Position numbers and translations under genes: made by a program. This document shows, in pieces, positions 26,125-32,675 of a DNA stretch of 37,269 nt. The notes under the pieces are model-generated. The model made no database searches and had not been told where the DNA came from. It worked only from the letters and a program-made list of their open reading frames with translations. The first letter of the stretch is position 1. Every line of letters starts with the position of its first letter. Source of the DNA: Microbacteriaceae bacterium (GTDB lineage: Bacteria > Actinomycetota > Actinomycetes > Actinomycetales > Microbacteriaceae). The stretch is from contig JAUZGC010000259.1 in assembly GCA_030840105.1 (NCBI GenBank), forward strand, positions 1 to 37,269, read 5' to 3'.

Positions 26125-27080
26125 GACTGGTCCTTTGCGCCGAGGTTCACCCGGGGATCGAGCATGGTGTACACGACATCGGTCAGGATGCCGACCGCGA
26201 CCACGAACAACGCGACAAACAGGGTGACGCCTTGGATGGTGGGGAAATCGCGGGCGAAGATAGCGTTGATCATCAACGACCCGAGTCCGGGTAGCGCGAA
26301 GACCTTTTCGATCACCAGCGAACCGCCGACGAGGAAGCCGAGATTCACACCGATGATCGACACCGTCGGGATCGCCGCGTTCCGCAGCACGTGGCCGCGG
26401 AACAGCGCGGCACCGTACGAGCCCTTCGACTTGGCCGTGCCGATGTATTCGGAGCCGAGTACGCCGATGATCGAGGAGCGCAGGCTCCTGATGACGGTGG
26501 GGCACATCGTGATCGCGAGCGTCAGGGCAGGGAGGAACAGGTAATAGGGGTGGTCGAGGGCCGACGTGCCGTAGCCCCCAACCGGAAACGCGTGCGCGCC
26601 GACGGCGAGCAACAGGATCAGCATGATGGCGAGCCAGAACTGCGGCATGCCCTGGCCCAGGAGGGTGAATCCGCGAACCGCCAGGTCTCGCCCACTGCCC
26701 GGCTTGAAAGCGGCAAGTGCAGCAAACGGAATGCTGATGACGAGCGACAGCAACAGGGCCATGCCGAGCAGCGACAGGGAAACCGGGATCGCCTGGGCAA
26801 CGAGCTGGGTCACCGGCAATTGGTACGTGAGGCTCGTTCCGAGGTTCCCCTGGAACAGTCGGCCCATGAAGAGGAAGTACTGCTCCCAGATGGGCGTGTC
26901 CAGGCCCAGCTGCTTGTCGAGGGCCGCGACCGCGGCCGCGGTCGCGCGCTGACCGAGGATGGCGAGTGCGGGGTTACCTGGCAGGAGGCGCGCCATGAAG
27001 AAGACGATCAGGGTCACCCCGAACACCACGGGAATCGACTGGATCAGCCGCCCCGGAAGGAATCTCAGCCGATGGAGCAT
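26121..27080 (-). CDS. Dpp/Opp-type ABC transporter permease (DppB/OppB-like)
   Basis: MLHRLRFLPGRLIQSIPVVFGVTLIVFFMARLLPGNP is a classic OppB/DppB N-terminus. Also YIGTAKSKGSYGAALFRGHVLRNA (EAA loop). Confidence 0.9.
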   Translation of the reverse strand: MLHRLRFLPGRLIQSIPVVFGVTLIVFFMARLLPGNPALAILGQRATAAAVAALDKQLGLDTPIWEQYFLFMGRLFQGNLGTSLTYQLPVTQLVAQAIPVSLSLLGMALLLSLVISIPFAALAAFKPGSGRDLAVRGFTLLGQGMPQFWLAIMLILLLAVGAHAFPVGGYGTSALDHPYYLFLPALTLAITMCPTVIRSLRSSIIGVLGSEYIGTAKSKGSYGAALFRGHVLRNAAIPTVSIIGVNLGFLVGGSLVIEKVFALPGLGSLMINAIFARDFPTIQGVTLFVALFVVAVGILTDVVYTMLDPRVNLGAKDQS

Positions 27081-27149
27081 CCCAGCACCTCCTCTTCCGG
27101 CTCGGCTGTGTCGCCGATGCCTGGCCGCTGAACCGCGGCCGTGCGATCT

Positions 27150-27197
27150 GTAGTGTTTATTACAGTAACGTCAGTTCTTTTCCAGTTTGTTACATTC
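27150..27197 (-). promoter_or_regulatory. Conserved cis element, copy A, 70-117 nt upstream of the dppB-like start; candidate shared operator/promoter
   Basis: GTAGTGTTTATTACAGTAACGTCAGTTCTTTTCCAGTTTGTTACATTC aligns without gaps to 30254-30301. The 39-nt core is 29/39 identical, with the blocks ATTACA.TA and CTTTTCCAG.TTGTTAC.TTC at identical spacing. Confidence 0.5.
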
Positions 27198-27216
27198 TGA
27201 CAACCCAGGGATGACA

Positions 27217-28491
27217 TCACGAACTCACCTCCGCGAGGATCCGCTCGATGACCGCCGCTCCGGCCAGGAGCGCGGCATCCGCACCGGGCGCCGCGGCAAG
27301 TTGCAGTCCCACGGGCAGGCCCTCCGTTGTGACCCCGCAGGGAATGACAATCGCCGGCTGGCCCGTCATGTTGTACGGCGACGTGAAGATCCCCTCGATC
27401 GCCCCTTCCGGTGTGTCGCCAGGGGGCGACACCTCGGGTGCCACATACGGCGCCGCCGGCCCGAGAAGGAGGTCGACGCCATCGAGCACGGCGAGCGCGG
27501 CCGGCACGAGTTCATCGCGCTCTGCCAACGCGCTCAGGTATTGCCCTTCGCTGACGTGGGCGGCTGCGGCGAAGAGCCGGGCCGTTGGCGCACCGAAATG
27601 CTCCGGCCGTTCGGTCATTGCTGCACCGTGCACCTGCCAGGCCTCGTAGTGGATGATGTCTCCCATGCGCGCATTAAGGCGGCTGAGTGCATGTCCGTCC
27701 CGGTCTTCGAGAACAACCCGCCCGCGCAGCTTTTCGACCGCCGCGAGAACGATCTCCCTGACGTCCTTCTCGAGCCTGGGGTCGGCGAACTGGTCGGTCA
27801 GCACACCGACCGAGAGGATTCCTGCCGACGCGACGCCCGGCTGACGGGTCAGGGATTCGAAGACGAGGGTCGTTGTCGGAACGTCCTTCGCCAGGATGCC
27901 GACATGATCGAGCGTCGGCGACAATGGCTGCACGCCTGTCACGGGAAATGTGCCGAACGTCGGCTTGAACCCGACAACGCCGCAGTAATGCGCGGGCAGC
28001 CGGATGGAGCCACCGGTATCGGTTCCCAACGCGGCCGGGCAGACTCCCGCACCGACCAGGGCCGCCGAGCCTCCGCTCGATCCGCCCGCCGTCAGATGCG
28101 GCGCGGCGGGATTACGCGCTTCGGGAAGTTCGGGATGCTGCGCGCCCGCCGCGTATTCCAGCAGCGCCGCCAGGGCGAAAACGTCGGCGGCCGAGTCGCG
28201 CAACGCGGTGACAATTGCGGCATCGTTCTCAGCTGCCGGACCGGCCATGTCTTCGGGATTACCGTTACCCCTGGGGTAACCGACCACATCGATCATGTCC
28301 TTGACCGCGACAGGCATTCCAAGCAGAGGGCCATCAGCGGAGCGATGCGGCGCCGGAATCGGCGTGACGACGGCATTCAGTGGCCGGCCAAGCCTTTCCA
28401 ACTTCTCTATAGCCGTTTGCAGCTGCGAAGCAGCCCATTCGTTCCTCTCGATAACCGAGCCATCCGACAGCCTGGGCGATTCGTCGTTCAT
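27217..28491 (-). CDS. Amidase-signature (AS) family amidase
   Basis: ORF 27217..28581 trimmed to ATG 28491 (GAGGAA RBS). VAVKDMI (Lys), GGSSGGSAA (AS signature) and GTDTGGSIRLPA (Ser nucleophile). Confidence 0.85.
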   Translation of the reverse strand: MNDESPRLSDGSVIERNEWAASQLQTAIEKLERLGRPLNAVVTPIPAPHRSADGPLLGMPVAVKDMIDVVGYPRGNGNPEDMAGPAAENDAAIVTALRDSAADVFALAALLEYAAGAQHPELPEARNPAAPHLTAGGSSGGSAALVGAGVCPAALGTDTGGSIRLPAHYCGVVGFKPTFGTFPVTGVQPLSPTLDHVGILAKDVPTTTLVFESLTRQPGVASAGILSVGVLTDQFADPRLEKDVREIVLAAVEKLRGRVVLEDRDGHALSRLNARMGDIIHYEAWQVHGAAMTERPEHFGAPTARLFAAAAHVSEGQYLSALAERDELVPAALAVLDGVDLLLGPAAPYVAPEVSPPGDTPEGAIEGIFTSPYNMTGQPAIVIPCGVTTEGLPVGLQLAAAPGADAALLAGAAVIERILAEVSS

Positions 28492-28547
28492 CGTTCCTCG
28501 TTCTTCGCATCGTCGATGAGTCCGCCCACGCATACCCGGCGAGGGCC

Positions 28548-28579
28548 GGAAGGCGGTCCCGGATGCGAGACCGCCTTCC
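28548..28579 (-). terminator. Intercistronic stem-loop (11-bp perfect stem GGAAGGCGGTC / GACCGCCTTCC) 15 nt downstream of the SBP stop; partial terminator or mRNA-stabilising hairpin
   Basis: Inverted repeat read directly, with a 10-nt loop and no U-tract. This position after the SBP gene is typical of ABC operons, where the SBP is made in excess. Confidence 0.4.
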
Positions 28580-28593
28580 ATTCAGATCGAGTC

Positions 28594-30156
28594 CTACTTC
28601 GTCAGGTAGACGGTCTCGAGCTGGTAATTGCCCAGCGGCGTCACGTGGAAACCGTGAACAGCGGTGGTCGACGCGAACACGTACGGCGAGTAGAAGAGGT
28701 AGGCAAGGAATGCATCCTTGCTTGTCGCCTTCTGGAGCTGCGCGTACAGGTCGGCTCGCTTGGCCGGGTCGGTCTCCGCCGCTGCCTGCTTGTTGAGCGC
28801 GATCACCGCGGGGTTGTCGTAGCCGGTGAACGCGGAGTGCGAGCCTCCGGTGGGGTCGACCGCCCACGAGGTGAACTCGTCGGGGTCAGGGATGTCCATC
28901 GACCACAGGTTCCACGCCATGTCGAAGTTCGACGCGAGCCTGGCCTGCTTGTTCGCCGTCGGGTCGAGCTGCTGGATGTTCATCGTGATCCCGATAGCCT
29001 TCAGCTCCGACTGCATGATCTGCGCGATGGAGGCCTGGTTCGGGTCGCCGGACTGAATGAGCAAGGTCGTGGTGAACCCGTTCGGCTTCGTCGACTGCGC
29101 CATCTCGGCCTTGGCCTTGGCGACATCGTAAGTGGCAGCACCCGTGTCCTTGATGGCGAACGGGGTTCCTGGCGCGAGCAGCGAGGTCGCCGGGGTGCCG
29201 TTTCCGAACAGCACGGCCTTGACGAGGGCGTTGCGGTCAATGGCGTAGGAGATAGCGGTCCGGATGTGCACGTCGTCGAACGGAGCACGCTTCTCGTTGA
29301 AGGCGATGTAATCCATCTGCGTGGACGGGAACGTCGTCGCGTTCACATTCGGCATGGCCTTGAGCGACGCGAGACTCGACCAGGACGGCGTATCGTCGAT
29401 CGAGATCTGGCCGCCCTGCAGCTGAAGCTGGCGGGTGTTGGCATCAGGGACGACCGTCCAGGTCACGCTGTTCAGGTACGGCAGGCCCTTTTGCCAGTAA
29501 TTAGGGTTCTTGGTCAGCTTGACCGACTGCCCCTTCGTCCAGGAGTCCCAGACGAACGGGCCGGTGCCGATCGGGGCCTGGTAGAACTCCGCTGCGGTCT
29601 TGCCGCCATAGTTGTTCGGAATGATGCCGTTACTGAACAGCGAGAGGTCGGCGATGAGCGGTGCCCACGCATACTTCAGCTGGATCTTGACGGTGGAAGG
29701 GTCAACGGCGGTGACCGTATCGATGGCCGCGTTGATGAATCCCCAGCCGGCGGAACCGGAGGCCGTGTCCTGATCGAGCGAGAACTTGACGTCGGCGGCG
29801 GTCATCGGCTGGCCGTTGGTGAACTTCACCCCTTTGCGAAGGTCGATCGTGTAGGTGAGCTGGTCCGGCGAGATGGTGTACTTCGTCGCGAGGTACGGCT
29901 TGAGCGACTTGCCGTCTGCGCTGACCATGAACAGGGGTTCCATGATCTGCTCCATGACGCGCAGGGAGTTGTTGTCGAACGTGGTGGTCTTGTCCATCGA
30001 GATGATGTCCTGCGACCGTGCGATGACGAGGTTCCCTCCCTTCACCGGCGTGCTGCTCGAGCTGGCCGATCCTCCCCCGCCGCTTGAACTGCAAGCGCTG
30101 AATACCAACGCCGCTGTCGTCGCGACGGCGATGGCAATTCCGATCCTTCTTTTCAT
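28594..30156 (-). CDS. ABC transporter substrate-binding lipoprotein, family 5 (peptide/nickel, DppA/OppA/GsiB-like)
   Basis: ORF 28594..30321 trimmed to ATG 30156. MKRRIGIAIAVATTAALVFSAC gives a signal peptide plus lipobox Cys, followed by a Ser/Gly linker. Also LVIARSQDIISMD and GVKFTNGQPMTAADVKFS. Confidence 0.9.
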   Translation of the reverse strand: MKRRIGIAIAVATTAALVFSACSSSGGGGSASSSSTPVKGGNLVIARSQDIISMDKTTTFDNNSLRVMEQIMEPLFMVSADGKSLKPYLATKYTISPDQLTYTIDLRKGVKFTNGQPMTAADVKFSLDQDTASGSAGWGFINAAIDTVTAVDPSTVKIQLKYAWAPLIADLSLFSNGIIPNNYGGKTAAEFYQAPIGTGPFVWDSWTKGQSVKLTKNPNYWQKGLPYLNSVTWTVVPDANTRQLQLQGGQISIDDTPSWSSLASLKAMPNVNATTFPSTQMDYIAFNEKRAPFDDVHIRTAISYAIDRNALVKAVLFGNGTPATSLLAPGTPFAIKDTGAATYDVAKAKAEMAQSTKPNGFTTTLLIQSGDPNQASIAQIMQSELKAIGITMNIQQLDPTANKQARLASNFDMAWNLWSMDIPDPDEFTSWAVDPTGGSHSAFTGYDNPAVIALNKQAAAETDPAKRADLYAQLQKATSKDAFLAYLFYSPYVFASTTAVHGFHVTPLGNYQLETVYLTK

Positions 30157-30253
30157 CGAGTGCCTCACTACTCTCCGCATCGCTCCGGATGCGCTGTCGT
30201 CATTGATGGGCTTTCGCGGGCGCGCAGCGCCGTCTGCGGAAGTGTCACACGTC

Positions 30254-30301
30254 GTACTATTGATTACAATAGGCACCTTCCTTTTCCAGCTTGTTACGTT
30301 C
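30254..30301 (-). promoter_or_regulatory. Conserved cis element, copy B, 98-145 nt upstream of the SBP start
   Basis: GTACTATTGATTACAATAGGCACCTTCCTTTTCCAGCTTGTTACGTTC; see copy A at 27150-27197. It lies in the 303-bp divergent intergenic region. Confidence 0.5.
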
Positions 30302-30459
30302 GGAATAAATTGGGGTGACACGACCGCCGGCAGATTTGGCTCTGGGGCTGCTTATCAACGCAGGAGCAGAGACACCGAATGTTCACCTGCGCGACTCCTT
30401 GACGACGCTCCACCCCTCATAGGGTGGACCCGCCAGATCACCCACTCAAGGAGGATGGA

Positions 30460-31545
30460 ATGCTCTCAAGGACACAAATAGCCTGCGCGGCTACAGGTGC
30501 TGCACTTCTGCTCATGACCGCACTCGCCACGCCCGCGATGGCCGCGAGCGGATCCGCGGCTAGTCAGGACGGCCAGGCGATCTCCGCAGTCCAGTCCGCA
30601 GGCGACAACAGCGGGTTCAGCTTCGGAATGATCGGCGACGTGCCGTATGGGGCCGCCGAGATCGCCGCTTTCCCGTCGTACATCCAGGATCTCAACGCGC
30701 ACAAAGAACTGACATTCGTCGGCCATGTCGGCGACATCAAGAACGGGTCGTCGCTGTGCACCACTGACTACTTCGACACCATCCGGAGCGGCTTCGACGC
30801 CTTCACGCTGCCGCTCGTGTACACGCCAGGAGACAACGAGTGGACGGATTGCCATCGCACGAACAACGGGGCATACAACCCACTGGAACGACTGGCCACC
30901 GTGCGCGACATCTTCTTCCCGAAGCCAGGAACGACGCTGGGGCAGCCCATGAAGGTCGACTCCCAAGCCGCGCAGGGGTACCCGGAGAACGTGAGCTTCC
31001 GCGAGCACGGAGTCTCCTTCACCGCCCTCAACGTCCCTGGCAGCGATAACTCGATGCTGCCATGGTCGGGGCTCGGCCAGACCATGCCGACCACCGGACA
31101 AGTCGCTGAGGTTGCCGGCCGCACGCAGGCGGACATCCAGAAGCTCGATGACACCTTCAGCCAGGCCACGAAGTACGGTGACCGTGCGGTCGTGATCATG
31201 ATCCAGGCAGACATGTTCGACCCGACCGTGGCAAACCCCGCCCAGGCCGACTACGCGGCATACACCCCGCTCGTCAACGCGCTCATCACGCAGTCCAACG
31301 CCTTCGGCGGGCCGGTGTATCTCATCAACGGCGACAGTCATGTCTTCAACGAGGACCACCCGCTTGCGGCCGGCTCCTCCTGGCTGCCGTTCTATGGACA
31401 GAGCACCGAGGCCGCGAACCTCACTCGTGTGACGGTGGACGGATCGACGAACGCACAGGACTGGCTCAAGGTCACGGCGAACCCGAAGGGCAGCGCATCC
31501 GTGTTGTCGTTCGAACGCATCCCGTTCACCCACCCGGCATCCTGA
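30460..31545 (+). CDS. Secreted metallophosphoesterase (calcineurin-like) family protein
   Basis: ORF 30424..31545 trimmed to ATG 30460, preceded by AAGGAGG. Signal peptide MLSRTQIACAATGAALLLMTALATPAMA. Motifs GMIGDVPYG, HVGDIKNG, PGDNEWTD and INGDSH. Confidence 0.6.
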   Translation: MLSRTQIACAATGAALLLMTALATPAMAASGSAASQDGQAISAVQSAGDNSGFSFGMIGDVPYGAAEIAAFPSYIQDLNAHKELTFVGHVGDIKNGSSLCTTDYFDTIRSGFDAFTLPLVYTPGDNEWTDCHRTNNGAYNPLERLATVRDIFFPKPGTTLGQPMKVDSQAAQGYPENVSFREHGVSFTALNVPGSDNSMLPWSGLGQTMPTTGQVAEVAGRTQADIQKLDDTFSQATKYGDRAVVIMIQADMFDPTVANPAQADYAAYTPLVNALITQSNAFGGPVYLINGDSHVFNEDHPLAAGSSWLPFYGQSTEAANLTRVTVDGSTNAQDWLKVTANPKGSASVLSFERIPFTHPAS

Positions 31546-31553
31546 GCGGCCAC

Positions 31554-31583
31554 GCGGCGGCCGGGCATGCGCCCGACCGCCGC
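31554..31583 (+). terminator. GC-rich hairpin (13-bp stem with one mismatch, ATGC loop) 9 nt after the phosphoesterase stop, in a convergent gap
   Basis: GCGGCGGCCGGGC-ATGC-GCCCGACCGCCGC followed by TTCATGCGTTT, read directly. Confidence 0.45.
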
Positions 31584-31626
31584 TTCATGCGTTTCGCCGC
31601 TAAGTGCGGGTCATCCGCAGACGGCG

Positions 31627-32100
31627 CTAGTCCTGGATGAAGTCGGGAAGCTCGAGCGCGACGACCAGCGGAGCGAGGGCCGAATTGAGCGCACGGACCT
31701 GCTCGGGCGTAAGCCCGTCAAAGATCAGCCTCCGCACCTCTTCAACGTGACCAGGCGCACTCTCGACGAGCTTCTGCAGCCCTGCCTCAGTGAGCGTAGC
31801 GGCGGTGGCCCTACGATTGCTCTCCACGTGCCCTCGGGTGATCAGGCCGCTCTCTTCCAGCCGCGCTGCGGCGTGGGAAAGCCTGGAAAGGGACCCGTTC
31901 GTCGCGGTCGCGAGGTCGCTCATCATGCACGAGTGGCCGGGAAACTCCGACAGCATGGCAAGGACGTAGTACTCGTAGCGAGTCAGCCCGGAGTCCTTCC
32001 GCAACTGGGCGTCGACGATGCCGGGAACGAACTCGCAGATCGCGTGCAACCGCATCCAGAGCCTGTTTTCGTCCGCATTCAACCACCGAGGACCAGCCAT
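31627..32100 (-). CDS. MarR family transcriptional regulator
   Basis: ORF 31627..32472 trimmed to ATG 32100, because the extension overlaps the divergent DoxX gene. The wHTH reads LTRYEYYVLAMLSEFPGHSCMMSDLATATNGSLSRLSHAAARLEESGLITRGHVESNRRATAATLTEAG. Confidence 0.8.
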   Translation of the reverse strand: MAGPRWLNADENRLWMRLHAICEFVPGIVDAQLRKDSGLTRYEYYVLAMLSEFPGHSCMMSDLATATNGSLSRLSHAAARLEESGLITRGHVESNRRATAATLTEAGLQKLVESAPGHVEEVRRLIFDGLTPEQVRALNSALAPLVVALELPDFIQD

Positions 32101-32124
32101 GCGACCAAGTTTAGTTATCGCAAC

Positions 32125-32151
32125 TTGACCATTCAATAGTTGAACGCTCAA
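32125..32151. promoter_or_regulatory. Two tandem TTGA-N4-TCAA palindromes in the MarR/DoxX divergent intergenic region; candidate MarR operator
   Basis: TTGACCATTCAA (32125-32136) and TTGAACGCTCAA (32140-32151), with centres 15 bp apart. The first is nested in the larger CAACTTGACCATTCAATAGTTG. Confidence 0.45.
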
Positions 32152-32218
32152 TCTTCGTGTTATCGTCGGTCGGAGGCTCAGCCATGAGCCGGGATCCGCC
32201 CCAATAACAGGAGTCACC

Positions 32219-32587
32219 GTGATCATCGCCCTCTGGATCATCAATATCCTTCTCGCGCTTGCCTTCCTCCTGGCCGGTGGGATGAAAGCAGCACTGTCCA
32301 AGGATGCCCTTGCCAAGCGAGGCATGGAATGGGTCAGCGACTTTACCCCCGCCTTCATAACGTTCATCGGAATCGCCGAGGTGCTTGGAGCACTCGGCCT
32401 CGTGCTTCCGATCCTGACCGGCATTGCCACGGTGTTGACCCCCGTCGCAGCCGTCGGTCTCACGATCGCCATGCTTGCCGCCCTCGTCGTTCACGCCCGC
32501 CGCAAGGAATCGTACATTCCGACTCTTGTCCTGGCGATCCTGTCAGCCGTGAGTGCTGTGCTTGGGTTCATCTACATTGCCGGCTGA
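32219..32587 (+). CDS. DoxX-family small integral membrane protein
   Basis: GTG start after the ACAGGAG RBS. 122 aa with four hydrophobic helices and an LLAGGMK..GIAEVLGALGLVLP pattern. Divergent from the MarR gene. Confidence 0.6.
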   Translation: MIIALWIINILLALAFLLAGGMKAALSKDALAKRGMEWVSDFTPAFITFIGIAEVLGALGLVLPILTGIATVLTPVAAVGLTIAMLAALVVHARRKESYIPTLVLAILSAVSAVLGFIYIAG

Positions 32588-32612
32588 CTCGGGCGACGTC
32601 GTGCAGGCTGGC

Positions 32613-32647
32613 CGTGCCCGCTAGTGGCTGAGCCACTAGCGGGCACG
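32613..32647. terminator. Perfect 16-bp stem / 3-nt loop hairpin between the convergent DoxX and glycosidase genes (bidirectional terminator candidate)
   Basis: CGTGCCCGCTAGTGGC-TGA-GCCACTAGCGGGCACG, read directly. It lies 26 nt after the DoxX stop and 29 nt after the minus-strand stop at 32676. Confidence 0.6.
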
Positions 32648-32675
32648 TGACCTCACCCGAGTTTCACCGCGGGGA

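Noticed and set aside
27157-27197. Sigma-54 type promoter (CTGGAAAAG...) or a riboswitch within the duplicated element
   Set aside because: It does not fit TGGCAC-N5-TTGCW, and Actinobacteria generally lack sigma-54. I see no conserved helices that I recognise as a riboswitch. It is left as an unclassified operator/promoter candidate.
27187-30087. 966-aa + strand ORF, the longest in the track. Similar long antisense ORFs lie at 4920..6599, 11250..13025, 12677..14239, 14670..16043, 17911..19749, 20170..21435, 22288..23631 and 25222..26544.
   Set aside because: All lie antisense to genes with unambiguous family motifs (amidase, SBP, GS, M19, M20, MAL, DUF885 and others). Their translations are low-complexity R/G/D/V/H-rich strings. 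This is the typical stop-poor antisense frame of high-GC DNA.
30399-30425. Possible TTGACG (-35) / TAGGGT (-10) promoter for the metallophosphoesterase gene
   Set aside because: The spacer is only 15 nt and the -10 match is weak, so there is not enough support to list it as a feature.
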